In this document: one piece after another, positions 1 through 13,149 of the stretch
How the letters are laid out: each line of letters starts with the position of its first letter
Position numbering within the stretch: the first letter of the stretch is position 1
Origin: Raillietiella orientalis
Lineage: Eukaryota
Direction of reading: 5' to 3'
DNA length: 64,000 nt
NCBI GenBank assembly: GCA_036172245.1
Contig: JAYWIR010000059.1
Location: forward strand, 1 to 64,000
Notes under the pieces: model-generated
The model's input: only the letters and a program-made list of their open reading frames with translations
Databases searched by the model: none
What the model was told of the DNA's origin: nothing
Made by a program: the position numbers and the translations under genes

Positions 1-1180
1 TATCAGCACTCAGCTCGCTACCACATTATTTGCTGTCGGCGGGAACTACAGTTCTCTGTTCGTGCCTATTAGAACGTCCAATGATGTAAAGAAATAAAAA
101 CGTTTCTTTGTGCAATGAAAATTTTGTCAAATTTTTTACATTTTTGCTTGCTACACACCGACGTTAGCACATACTGTTCAGAGATGTTTCAAACAATCAA
201 CCAACCCATTTTGCCTTCAAATCGCTTTTCTGATTGCAAGAAATTTGTACTTACGCTGCTTGAAGAGCATCCTGCGCATCATTCGTGGATACATGTATTG
301 TCTCCAACTATTTCTAACACACCCCTATTACTACTTCTGCGAACCAATTTTCATTTAGAAAGAAATGAACGGACACATCACACCTCGACAATGATCAAAA
401 GAATAACTGAACTTGTATGCAATTGAAACCAATTTATCAGCATCAAATTTTTAAATGTGAAGCAAATTCTGTTAGAAAGTGTTGCAATGTATTGCTTATT
501 TCTCGAATCTCTTGATCGTCGGCAGTTCCTCGCAACTACAACAACGTATGTAGTTGGTTCATCTGCCATGGGAGCGAGTGTTTCGAGGACATGGAGGGAA
601 AGGTTGATTGTCAAAATTTTCTAGGAAATACTGTGTTTCGGTACTTACTACAATCTTTGTGTATTTCAGCAAAGCAACGTATTTCACATATCAGCTGTAT
701 ACAGAGCTATGTGAAGACATCGGCGACACTCCCTCACTCAATGGGAATGTGACCTCACCGAAACTCGGTTGCTTACTTAAGTTTAAACTTCACCGTGGTC
801 CTGCAGTTTGCTGAGACAGCTCGATTTTCGGATGTTCTAGATTCAATGATTCCAATAAGTTGTATGCACACAGCTGCCACGAGTCCTGCTTGCCGAACGG
901 AAATAGGAACGATGTCATGGTGCCAATCTAGTAAAACACAAGGAATAAAAAGCGGGTTGTTCTCCTGCTTTCTAATGAAGGAAATTGTTGCGAATAAAAA
1001 TTAGTATTCAACTTCTGTTTGTTTCCAAATTCCGACCAGTCTGTTGGAACTTCACATGTGCCATTTATATCAATAGCTACTTAACAAAATGAGATCAATG
1101 ACACACTGTATCTGTTTGTGTGCTTAAAGTAACTTGAGTCTCAGTGTTATCCATTGAAAGAAAGGTGGTGAACAATATTC
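1..1180. repeat. Copy A of a diverged direct duplication (partner 2653-3830; offset about 2.65 kb)
   Basis: Collinear similarity: tcagcactcagctcgctaccacattatt at 3 and 2655; cacatatcagctgtatacagagctatgtgaagacatcggcgacactccctcactcaa at 685 and 3336. Similarity stops at gtgaacaatatt (about 1180 / 3830). Confidence 0.95.
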
Positions 1181-1799
1181 CCGTATATTGTAATTTCAAG
1201 GTCATCCGCATTCTGATGAAATGAAGCATGCATTTTTGAAATACACATCAACTTCATGCATTTACTTCAACAGTTTCTGGTGACCACAATTTTTACGAAG
1301 AATTTCACATGAACACTCCTCGAATTGCGTACATAGAATTCAAGTTGATTGGTATCTTATGTGTTCTTTAGCGTGCGCGATAAATCAAAAAGCGTCATTC
1401 AAGTGTGCCAACAGATTCTTATCATAACACCAGCTATTAGTGGCGTTTCGCAGTGACTGTGTTTGGTAAACACGTACCAGTTTGCGTTTTACGCAAGTAT
1501 TCCAATTTTCTTATCGTGTGCTTTGATGAATCCCATCGGAGAGTAAGGGTATTGGAATTCTGCCGAGTTTCCACAGAAAACGTACTCCAGTTCGTTGTGT
1601 TCTGTTTCTCTGATTCAATTCTACGAACGATGGAATGGATAATCCACATTGGCATTTTTTTTTTTTTTCATGGAAACGATTCTTTGTATCAAATAGTTAC
1701 AAATTTGTCAGACAAAAAACATTACTGGAGTGTATCGTCATTCTGAACTTCACAAAATAGTTGTCCAGCAGAGCTTCGTAGTCTCGAGCTCCTCTAAGT

Positions 1800-3600
1800 T
1801 TATCTTAAATGCACTTAGTTTCAAATGGTACGAACTGCATTCCACGAAACTTGTAATTTCAACCGACTTGGATTGCTTCGTTTGGTTTCAAGTAAGACGC
1901 GGTTCTCCAGCTAGCTGAGAGAGCAACCTGTTTTGATATTCTGCATTCGTGGTTTGAATGAGCAGCAAAACAGACTGAAAACATTCAGCTTGCGAGCTGA
2001 TCATAATTAAGAGTCACTGCAAGGTACGATTGAGCTCCTGACACACATGAATGTATTTGTTTGCTTTGCATCTAAGGGAGCGGATTGTGGAGTGACAGTA
2101 TCCACAGATCGCAGTGTTTTCAGATTCGATGCAGTCGTTGAAACCTTGAATTGCCTGTGTTCCCTTACTTTCAATAATTTGACTAAATGACGAAGTCGGT
2201 AGACACATGGTGTTTCCTAAAATTTGCATGCGAACGACTTGGTTTCCATGATAGGTGAAAAGGGATCCAAGGCAAACTTTCCATTATTGAAATGTGACAA
2301 GTAGTGATCACCAGTTTTCTGGTTGTAAGCAGCAATCATTTATAACATATAATTTGGGAGGAAATCCACGTATCGACTTCGGGAACACACTGAACTTTTC
2401 GAAAATTCTAACGGGAAATGTTTTCCATTTGCTCCAATTGAACTCCAATAGGTTGTGCTCTTGCATCTCCATCTGGGTGACGAATATTTGAATGAGCGCT
2501 ATGGAAATTTAAAAAAAAGTTGTTAACAAGCAACCTGCGACTGCAATGCAGTTGGCAGCAATCCTGTGCCAAGTGTATACAATTGAGTGTTTGAAACCAA
2601 AGAACCGAAGTACTACTATTGTGTATGGATGGATAGGAATAGAAATTAATTATGTCAGCACTCAGCTCGCTACCACATTATTCGTAGTCGGCGGGAACTA
2701 CAGTTCTCTGTTCGTGCTCATTGCATGGTCCAATAATGTGAAGAAATAAAAAGTCCTTTTTGTTCAATGACTCTTCCGTCACATTTTTTACATTTCCCGT
2801 TGGTTCACATCCACGTTATTACATAGGGTTCGCACAGGTTTCAAACAATCAACCTACCTGTTTTGCCTTCAAATCGCATTTCTGATTGCAAGAAATTCGT
2901 ACTTACGCAGCTTGAGGAGCCTCCTGCGCATTTTTGGTAGATACATTTAGGTTCTCCAACAATTTCCAACACACAGTGACCACAACATCTGCGAACAAAT
3001 GGCCATTTAGAAAGAAATGAACGGACACATCACCCCTGGACAATGATCAAAAGGATAACTGAACTTGTATGCAATTGAAACCAATTTATCAGCACCAAAT
3101 TTTGAAATTTGAAGCAAATTCTGTTAGAAAGTGTTGCAATGTATTGCTAATTTCTCGAATCACTATTTCGTCGGAAGCTCCTCGCAACTACAGCAACGTA
3201 TGTAGTTGGTTCATCTGCCATGGGAGCGAGTGTTTCGAGAACATGGAGGGAATGGTTGATTGTCAAAATTTCCTTGGAAATACTGTGTTTCGGTACTTAT
3301 TACAATCTTTGTGAATTTCAGCAAAGAATGTTTTTCACATATCAGCTGTATACAGAGCTATGTGAAGACATCGGCGACACTCCCTCACTCAAAAGGAATG
3401 TAATTTCACCGAACCTCGCTTGCTTACTTAAGGTTGAATTTCATCTTGATTCTTCAGCTTGCTGACACAGCTCGATTTTCGGATGTTCTTGATTTAATGA
3501 TTCTATTAAGTTGTAAGCACACAGGTGCCACGAGTCCTTCTAGCCGAACGGAAATAGGAATGATGTCAAGGTGCCAATCTTGTTTAATACAAGGAATAAA
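1800..3600 (-). pseudogene. Decayed multi-exon Cys-rich gene end (VWC-like segments plus possible C-terminal cystine knot; mucin/hemocytin/VWF-like)
   Basis: Minus-strand AG..GTAAGT-bounded segment 2906-2987 reads CCGHCVLEIVGEPKCIYQKCAGGSSSC. Other pieces read CIHLAQDCCQLHCS (about 2540-2585), ICGYCHSTIRS (about 2075-2110) and CCSFKPRMQNIKTGC (about 1925-1968). Stops and frameshifts throughout. The family assignment is inferred from Cys spacing only. Confidence 0.4.
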
Positions 3601-3830
3601 AAGAGGTTTGTTCTCCTGGTTTCTAATGAAAGAAATTGTTCCGAAGAGGCATGGGCATTCGACAGCTCTTTGTTTCCAAATTCCGTCTAGTCTGTTGGAA
3701 CTTCATATGTGTCATTGATATCAATAGCTGCTTCGAAAAATGAGATCAATGAGACACTGTGTTTGTGTGTTTGCTAAAAGTAACTTGGGTCTCAGTGCCA
3801 TCCATGGAATAAAAGGTAGTGAACAATATT
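2653..3830. repeat. Copy B of the direct duplication
   Basis: Aligns by eye to 1-1180 with many substitutions and few indels. Confidence 0.95.
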
Positions 3831-3844
3831 TGCGTGGATTGTTC

Positions 3845-4335
3845 AATTGGTTCCTTTCAATTCCCCGCCCTAGCACGCAAATCGCGGATTCATGTTAATG
3901 TCGGTGGCAATTCTGAAAGAAGAAATCGGATGGGTTTACTCTCGTTTGCCTTCAGGCATCCGATTAGACGCTCCAGAATCCAACTCAAAAATTCCTCTAT
4001 CTTTTCTATTGTGAATGTTCTAGAGAACGAACTGTCTCTAGCCTTGCACGCTAAAGTGGATCGCGGGTTTCCGCTGATTTCCGTCGCATTTCTCAGTCAT
4101 GGAATTGGTTCGGATGACTCTCCTTTGCCTTTCAGTATGGGATCAGAATCTTCAAAATCCAAAAAGGTTGCTCTAATTTTTCTATTTTCAATGTGGCCAT
4201 CTCCGGTCCAATCTCCTCTTTTGCACACAAACGAAAATCGCGGGTTCCGGATGATTTAGGTCGCAATTTTTAGTGATGAAATTGGATGTTAGTCTCTCCT
4301 TTTTCATTCTGCATCGGAATAGAAGCTTCAAAGTT
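3845..4335. repeat. Degenerate tandem repeat, unit about 178 bp, about 3 copies
   Basis: atcgcgg recurs at 3881, 4060 and 4237, each followed by similar ...ctctcctt/ctctcgttt and cttcaaa/ctccaga blocks. Confidence 0.7.
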
Positions 4336-4489
4336 CTGTCTCCATTCAGGATTCACAATGAACACCAGCAGTCGTTATTTGGTATTTATAATCAACAGCA
4401 AGAAACGCTTCCTTGAAAATGTAATGGATTGCATGAAGAGAAGAAAATTGTGCTATATTAGGTAGATGCGGGAAAGTACATTGTCAAGT

Positions 4490-7400
4490 CACCGCAAATA
4501 TGTTTACGGATTAAAGTTTTTTTTTCTTTTTCAAATCTTATTTTCGTAGGATGTTGACCGGTTGCAAAGTGACCCTACCGAATGATCTTTGCTGAAGAAA
4601 GCTCCTAATATGCCAAGAACACGAATTTGGTGCAAATGACATCATGTGGAATTTTCTTTGAACAGCAAGAGTCGTCACATTCGAAACGCGTTTTCCTTTC
4701 TGTTCGCACCCGAGTCATCCCATTGCGTAGAGGAGTGCAAGAATGACATATTGTAAGGAACACAGACTTCTTTGCGGATTAATGATTTTTTTCTCAATTC
4801 GAGGCATTCGTTTCCATGGCAGGAAGACCGAACAGAATCTGCCCCACCCTCCACATGTTTGGGTAAGACTGTCGTTCCTAGTATGTAGGGGATTACAGGA
4901 ATTTAGTGAAAGAGTCGCTAATTGGGATTGACAATGAACAGCGGGAGTCGTCATTTCAAATTTGCATCCAACTGCAAGGGACGTTTCATTGGAAATGCAA
5001 TGGTTTGCTTGATGGCAACCAAATTAACCCCAATGTGTATATGAGATAAAGCAATAATTTTTGGAATTACCACAAAGATCTTCATGGCTTAAAGACTGTT
5101 CTCTCTATTTGAAGCTTTGGTTTCCAAATCAAGATGATAGAACACAATCTGCCGCATTTGACTGATGTTTGGTTAAGACGATGGTTCATAGTATTAAAGG
5201 AAGAAGTCGAATTCAGTGGAGTTGTCGTTTTTTGAAATTTGTTAGTAAATGCAGCAGTCTTTTCACTGGAGCCGCGATTGATTATCTGATCGTAAACGAA
5301 GTCATCCTATTGGGGTTCTTGTGAAAAAGCAATACATATTCGAAGGTCCATAAAGATACTTACGGTTTAAGGATTTGCTTTTCTGTTTTTAACTTTCGTT
5401 TTTATAGCATGATTGACGTACACAATCGGCCTCACCCAACTGAAGTTTGTGGAAGACCATGGCTCCTAATATGAAAGGAAGATCTAGAATTCGGTGCTGG
5501 AGTTGTTATTTGGAATTTGCAATGAACAGCGAAAGTTGCTTCATTGGAAACAATTCTTTGAATGATGTGAACCAATGTCATCCCATTGCGCTGATGCGAG
5601 AAATTAAGAAATTAAGGAAGCACCAGAAAGATCGTTAAGGATAAAAGATACTGGCATGCTGTAGAAAAATCGTGATTTCGTTTATGTAATGCAGAGCAGC
5701 ATTCCTTCCCTGGGATTGAAAACACAACGGAGACTGGAACCGCTATCGTTCCTTTTTGTACAAAAGAGAAAGTAAAGCAGAGCGATGGCACCATAAACTT
5801 TTTTCCGGATTAAGGATTTTTTCTTTCATACATTGTCTTGCATGGCAAGAAGCGAAAACTCAATTCGAAGCAAGTATGTTTGTGCAGGAAACATCAAATA
5901 TGACACGAGAAACTGGCATTCTGTACCGAAGTCGTGACTTGGAATCTGAAATGCATTGCAGCATTTGTTTACCGGGATTAGAAACTTAACGGAAGACCGG
6001 AACCACTTTCAATCCCTTTGATACAAGGCCGATTGCGAAACAAATCGATAGATCCACAGACATTCTAACTTATTAAAAATTGGTTTCTCTCTTTGAGACA
6101 TTGGTATCCGTGGCAACAAGTCCGAATACAGTCCGCCCCATCCAACTGATGTTTGTTTTAGATGTTTTCAAATATGACTCGAGAAACTGGGATTCGGTAC
6201 AAAAGTCATTTCCATTCTGCAATGCACGGCAGCATTCTCTTCCTGATGTTCAAAACTTAACAGAAGACCGGAACCGCTCTTAACCCTTTTGTAGAAGGAA
6301 GAAAGGAAAACAAGGCGATAGCACTCTAAACGTTTTTACGTATTAAAGATTTTTTCTCTCTTTGGAACCGCTTTCAACGCTTTTGGTAGAAGGGAGAAAG
6401 AAAAACAAATAGATAGCACCACAAACGTCCTTACGGTGTAAAGATTTTTTTCTCTATTTGAAACATTGGTTTCCGTTGCAAGAAGCCGGAAGACAATCCA
6501 CCCCACCCAAATGATGTATGTTTCACAAGGTGGCTTCAAATATTACACGAGAAACTGGAATTCCATGCTAGTATCGTTATTTTTAATCTGTAGTGAAGAA
6601 GAATGATCGCATCGGGCGATTACCAACCCACAGCATGATGGGAACGGCTGTATCCCTTTGGATACATGGGACAAAGCAAAACAACGCGATAACATCCCAA
6701 ACATCTTCACGGTTGAAAAAAAAAAATTCTATTTGAAACATTGGTTTTCATGGCAACAAGACCGATCAAAATCTCCCCCTTCCAACTGCTGTATTTTTCA
6801 GAAGATGGCTTCAAATATGAGACGAGAAACTGGCATTCTGTACAACAATCGTCATTTCGAATCTGCAATGGAGGTTAGCATTCGTTTCGCGGGCCTACAA
6901 ACTTCATGAAAGACCGGAACCGCTGTCCTCCCCTTTGGTACAAGGAAGAAAGCAAAATATAACCAGCAACATTTTTACGGATTAAAATTTTTTTTCTCTC
7001 GTTGAAACGTTGGTTTCCATAGCAGGAAGACCGAACACAATCCGCAACACACAAATGGTGTATGTTGAAGAAGACGGCTTTAAACATCACACGAGAAACT
7101 GGCTTTCTGTACAAGAATCGTCATTTCGAATCTCCAATTCACAGCAACATTCGTTTTCCGGGATGGAGAACTTAATGGAGGACCGGAGCCGCTGTCATCC
7201 CTTTTGGTACAAGGCTGAAAGCAAAACAAATCGATAGCACCACATACATTTTTATGGATTAAAGATTTTTTTCTCTTTTTGAAACATTGTTTTCCCTGGC
7301 AAGGAGCCGGAATACAATCGACCCCACCCAAATGATGTATGCTTCAGAAGGAGGCTTCAAATATGACACTACGAACTGGAATTCACTACAAGAAGCGTCA

Positions 7401-8550
7401 TTTGGAAACTGCAATGAATAGCAACAGTCGCTTCCGGGAATTAGGAATTTAATGCAAGACCGGTACCGCTGTCATCCCTTTGGGTACATGGGCGAAAGCC
7501 AAAGAAAATGAGAGTACCGCAAAGACGTTTGCGGATTAAAGATTATTTCTCTGTTTGAAACATTGGTTTCCATAGCAAGAAGTCCGAACACATTCCGTTC
7601 CACCCAAATGATATATTCTTAAGACGATGGCTTCAAATATGACCGAGGAACTCGAATTCAGAAGAAGAATCGTCATTTCGAATCTGTAATGAATAGGAAG
7701 AGTCGCATCCGGGAAATAACAATTCACAGGATGATCGGAACCGCTGTCTTCCCTCCGGACACAGCTGGAAGCGAAACAAAGTGATAGCGCCAAAAGGATC
7801 TTTACGGATTATAGATTTGTTTCGCTATTTGAAACAGTTTTCCATAGCAAGAAGTCCGAACACAACCGTCTCCACCATTCTGATGTATTCTTAGGAAGAT
7901 AGCTTGTAATATGATACGAGAAACTGGAATGCTGTACAGGTATTGTTATTTGGAACCTGTAATGAAGAGAAACAGTCGCATGCGGGTATTAACAATTTAC
8001 AGCATGATCGAAACCGCGGTCTTCATTCTGGGTATATGGCGGAAAGCAAACCAATTGAGAGCCCCACAAATATTTTTGCAGATTAAAGATTTTTTTCTCT
8101 ATTTGAAATATTGGTTTCCATAGCAGGAAGTGCGCAAACAATCCGCTCCGTCCTACTTATGTTTGGTTAAGACGATAACTTCTTGTATCATACGAGGTAC
8201 TGAACTTCTGTACAAGAGTCTTTATTTGGATTTTGCAATGAAGAGCTTGAGTGGCTTCAGGGGATTAGCAATTGACTGATTGATCGGAACCGGTGTGCTC
8301 TTATTGCGTATAAAGAAGATAGCAAAACTAATCGGGAGCCTGGACAATCGGGCAGGAGTCGCTTCGTGGATTCGCAAGTGCATGATCGGAAGTGCTGTTT
8401 TCCCTTTGGGTGCATGGGAGAAAGCAATACAAAGTCAAAGCACAACAAAGGTTTTGACGGATTAAAGATTTTTTTTTGTATTTGAAACATTGGTTTCCAT
8501 AGCAAAAAGTCCGAACACAATCCGCCCCACCTTACTGATGTTTGGTTAGG
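4490..8550. repeat. Degenerate tandem array, unit about 275 bp, about 15 copies (some partial)
   Basis: The anchor ttacggattaaagattttttt-ctatttgaaacattggtttccatagcaagaagtccgaacacaatccgccccaccc recurs near 4503, 4771, 5081, 5361, 5801, 6071, 6431, 6706, 6974, 7251, 7528, 7801, 8075 and 8452. Confidence 0.92.
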
Positions 8551-9255
8551 AGCTTAAAACCGACTTACGCTGCACTTTTCATTCTATTAAATACTTACAT
8601 ACTTTTCTACCACTGTGGAGCACAAAGTAGTTTTAGGTAGCCAGATGCCGAAACACGGGCAAAAGGCAAAGACCTTCAATCAACTTGCTTCATTCAGCAT
8701 GCATGGGATGTGGCTATATTTCAGGATGTAATCAACGTTAGCCATAATGTAATCAGACAACACTGCGCTCAGGTAATGTGGGCTATTACTCGTGACAAAA
8801 TGAATCTACGTGTTCATGGAATTAAACTCATATAGTCATTTAACTCATATAGTCATAGTTTGTATAGTCATTCTGTTTATTTTCTAAGCGATCGCATATT
8901 TGTAAGTTTTCATCTACCAGGAACTGGCTTTCTAATACATTCGCTTGGGTTCAACGGATTTCTCTGAATAGAATAGGGTAAACTCATGATGGCATAAATT
9001 TGAAGTCGTCAACAAATTGTTACTGCATTTAAAATACGAATTTACAGAATACTTTGTTAATTGGGCCAATTGCTGTTTTTCTAGATATTAATTAATGCGA
9101 CTTCCGTAACCCACGTTTTGCTACCACCATTCCACCAAAAGTATCAGAAAATTTATTCTTTACAAAACCGCTTTACATAATTATTTCATCCATACTTTGT
9201 GAAAGAAGACTTCACCATAAGTGGAGATTCACTGTGTATGAAAGAAAATAAACTG

Positions 9256-11595
9256 TTAACAATACAATAAAATGAGCAAGACTAGTAATGAAAAGAACCA
9301 AGTGAATGCAATAACAGAGTTTTTCCATAATAGTCTGAAAGGCAGTAGCATGCCACTCCAACAAATTCCTTGAGGGCACACATCCTCTCCCTCAACATAC
9401 CAATACCTGAAATAAAATGAAAGAATTTGGTTAGCAGCAATTTTGAGATCTCAAATGGGAAATGTACCAGTTTACTTTTCAAACATCTAATACTTTTGCC
9501 CTCTGTTGGCAACAGGTGCAGCAGATTGTTATACCTTCTCTTGCAAAGATAAGAAAAATTCACTGAAGGAAAGCATTACCTTGGGATAGAGACTGTAGCT
9601 TTTCTTACAAAAAACCTGATGTTTGCACACATTTGAAGCATCAGACTACTGTTGACTGTCCATTTGGTGACTTGATAGGCTGCTGCAGGGAGATAACTAG
9701 TAAAAATAATAAATACCATTAATAATGACAAGCAATTATACTTACTGAATTCTGGCTCCAGTAATAAAAAATCGAACAGCCCTTGGATGATTGGTAGCAG
9801 GAGTCAGTAGTATCTCCAAAACAACTGTTAATGGCAGTGCATTGCAATCACTGCTAGACTGCAAATGTTGCAACTCCGGGCTATGCAGATATGTTACATC
9901 ATGCAAACAATCAATCAATTACCCTAATACTGGAACCAAGTTGTGTACACCAAGATGAAGATCAGATTCAATAGGATCAGAATGCAAGCTCTTTGGAAGA
10001 ATAGATTTCCACCAAGAATGAAGAAATAACCTAAATCCAAAGCTACAATGGATTATAACTGAAATACATACTGTAATTCTGAGCAGTTCCTCAATCTGGT
10101 CATGCTGACAGGAAGTAAACAATAGGAGATAACATTCTGATGCAAGAGCAGTGGCATGTTGAAATTAGATTGACACTGGGGAAATGCATCTGAAAGATCT
10201 TGGTAGGCATTGTGCTAAAGTGCAAAATTTTGTGCTTGGTGATCATGCAGATGACATACTTACATGAATACCAGCCAAAATTAACTGAATCATGGGAACC
10301 AGTATGTTGACTAGAATTGTTAGCAGGTCTAAAGAGAAAAGGATATGCTGTACATTGATACCTAAACTCACTTTTGCATCATTTCCAAAGAACTATATCC
10401 TTTACGAGAGGGAGTGACATTTTTCAATGATTTTCTTTCATATTGGGAATGATTTCCTCTGAAGGTGGCACCAAATTTTTGCAATATCTTTGTCATGCCA
10501 GAATCCAAGGACACATCAACAGTAGTAACCTCAACTGTAAGAGCTGTCAATTGACCAGCTGAATGCACAAACTTGTAATGTAAAGAATGCAACACATTGG
10601 TACAGATCTTTTGTTTTGCAAGAAATGTTGGTGGCTTTAAGCACATGGAAGGTGTTGCAGCATATGCAATATTGTTCTCTATATTTACATTAGTTACACT
10701 TTTACACAACACAGATATATTTGCAAATGCCATACCACCTTTTTGATCCCAAATTCTCCATAAATGAGATAGATGTGTAGTGTTACTATTAAAGTTGGGA
10801 ATAAAACTAACAACATTTAACATGGCATTTGCTGAGCACTGAGCTTGTGTTATAAAACTGTGACAGTTAATACTAAATGGCTTGAGAAATTGCACTGGAA
10901 CTTTTCTGATACATGGTCCATGTAGAATACTTTTAGGAAGATAGAGGAAAGTATTTTCATTGTGGTCATTCAAAACTAGAATATCATCCCCATAAATATA
11001 GGCAAGATCACTGGCAGGTTTTGGAAACTCTTGAACAGTTTTCATATATGTTTTATTATTTTCCAATGACAGAAGAGTCTTGATAGACTGATCACTTAGT
11101 TCAACGTATTCATAATATAGAAATGGTGAAGTGTTCCATTTCAAGGCAAAGACAAAATCTTTAAAAGTATACTTGGCAACAGATTTATACTTTCGTGCTT
11201 CCTCCTGATTTATTATTGCTCCACAGAAAATAATTTCTGAAGTGTTTTGGTAAATAAGTAAATCACATTTATTCTAAATAAACATGTTGAAACGAAATTA
11301 ATTATATCTTTCTGTACCTTATCACAATGGAATTCAATATGGTTTTTATCAAAAAGCTCGTCTTTTGAATTCCGGAACCTAAAAAAGACATCATGGAACT
11401 CTCTGCAGACATGTGCATCTCTATGCAATTTCCTATTATCTGGAAAGGAAACATGTGCCCTCAATCAATTCAGACAATACTTATACCATTGTCATATTCA
11501 TATACTGTCGCCTCAGGATAAGAATGCTTCACGAATACCGATAATATAAGCAATTTAACTTCCACGATAACCAGCATGCTAAGATGAAATGCCAT
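9256..11595 (-). CDS. TCTN2: Tectonic family ciliary transition-zone protein, TCTN2-like; 9 exons, about 608 aa
   Basis: Hand-assembled in-frame GT-AG model with exons 11595-11487, 11439-11318, 11273-10372, 10328-10264, 10189-10072, 10030-9923, 9880-9746, 9696-9580 and 9406-9256. Hydrophobic N-terminal signal (MAFHLSMLVIVEVKLLILSVF). Tectonic-like blocks FLYLPKSILHGPCIRKVPVQFL, ICTNVLHSLHYKF and CNALPLTVVLEILL. C-terminal CPQGICWSGMLLPF plus a TM helix, as in TCTN2. The exon 5 acceptor is the least certain junction. Confidence 0.8.
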
Positions 11596-12654
11596 AAACT
11601 CCCTTTGTAAAGTTTAATTTTCTGTAATTGAAATTTTCTGTAACCTTTCTCCACGAGTTATTTTTGTTTTGAAGAGCCTTCAACTAGACTGAACATATCC
11701 ACATGAATCCTTCATTTGTCAAACGAAACCGATTTGTTTTGAACATGTTTTCACAAGCAGTAAAGCAGCAGATTGCTTTTCGTAAATATGCAATCTTGTA
11801 AGTCGAAACTTGAATCTATAAAATACGCAGGAAAAACACAAAAATCGTTGAAGTAATAAATGTGAAGCAATAAAAAAAAACTGTCGCATGAAAAAGAACG
11901 ATTCCACTCTACGTATGATATTCAAATGTTATTATAAGTCAACCAAAACATCAAAATCAAAAGTTTCCCTACAATGCTGTAGCGCTCCACAGAGATGTTA
12001 ATTGAGCGTTAACGTCAGAAAAGCGTACAGCTCCAATGCATCTCCCGCCAAAAATAAAACATTAACAAAACAAACCGGCAAAATACCGTCGAGGCACAAA
12101 GCTGGTGGCATGCATTTGCTGCTTATTGTGGTAGTCTGCTCTAGCGATAAGCTGTTATGTCATTTTTAATTTCACTTGCTTTCTAATAATCATATAAACT
12201 ATATGCAGATTTGAATGTGTCAACTGTGATGAGTTCCTAGATAATGAAGATGTGATAGTTATAGTGATACTCAGAGTTTAAAGAAACTTCCAAGAAAGCT
12301 GACCTGCATTTGCCGTGGCTGCATCCATTGCTGAATGTCCATCGTAAGTTGTTACTGCATTTCTTGAATGCTATCCGGAAACTATACTGCCCACTTCGAC
12401 AAGCGGTAATGTGGTTTATTCAAACAGAAACTTTACAAATCAGAATACAATATAATATCAAATCACAACAAAAACTAGCACTCCGTTTGAAATCCGTTTA
12501 ACAGTTCCCACTTTTGTGCAGTGTTCCTTTCATTTCCATGAGCAATGGAAATTTGGATCTAATGAAGGACAGAGATGAAGATAAGGCAGGGAGAATAGAT
12601 TGCAACGCTTGGAAACCTTTACGAGATGCGAGGAGTTTGCAGATGTTTGGAGAT

Positions 12655-12900
12655 ATTTAGGAGTTTGCGGTTTATTTATTGGAAGGTTAGTGAAGGATGG
12701 GAGTCTAATATTGAGGTAGATTAGAAGGGAGATTGAGGAAGAGATGATTACGGTGATTGCTAGTGGAGTAGGGATTAATTCTAAGGTTATTCATTTTGGT
12801 AGGAAACCTGGTAGGGGGTTAGTAGTATGAGGTTGAATAGTATGAGGATTAGTAGGGGTGGGGTGGAGAAGGAGTTGAAAGTTGGGATGTGAGTTAGTGA
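12655..12900 (-). pseudogene. ND2: NUMT fragment of mitochondrial nad2
   Basis: In the invertebrate mitochondrial code (TGA=W, ATA=M, AGA=S) the minus strand reads PLPGFLPKWMTLELIPTPLAITVIISSSISLLIYL, matching the ND2 PPxxGFLPKW motif. Strong C-over-G strand skew, typical of mtDNA. Confidence 0.85.
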
Positions 12901-12949
12901 ATGTACGTTTCTTTTTTGTAGGAACATGACTGTTTTTTATAACAATTAT

Positions 12950-13146
12950 TTATTATTAATATATAATACATTACATTTTAATTAAGAATATTAAATTTGA
13001 TCAATTGGGGGAATGTATTCTTAAAATATTTTTAGTATTTACAAAATACATTTAAAATTTAATTGTCTTAAAAAACGAGAAGTAGTTTAATAGAATATTT
13101 TGTTTACACCAAAGAGGAAAATTTCTTGTTTAAATTAAAAACTAGA
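12950..13146 (-). other. NUMT fragment of putative mitochondrial control region
   Basis: Reverse-complement homolog of 36520-36715, including an exact 33-nt match (13081-13113 vs 36553-36585). That partner lies directly beyond the 12S 5' end in the larger NUMT. Confidence 0.75.
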
Positions 13147-13149
13147 CTA

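Noticed and set aside
4490..8550. CRISPR-like or ribozyme-bearing array
   Set aside because: Whole units are homologous, so there are no unique spacers; no cas genes; eukaryotic context; no intact hammerhead CTGATGA..GAAA core seen.
12205..12410. Plus-strand AG..GTAAGT exon-like segment divergent from the tectonic gene
   Set aside because: No open frame across it and no recognisable peptide.
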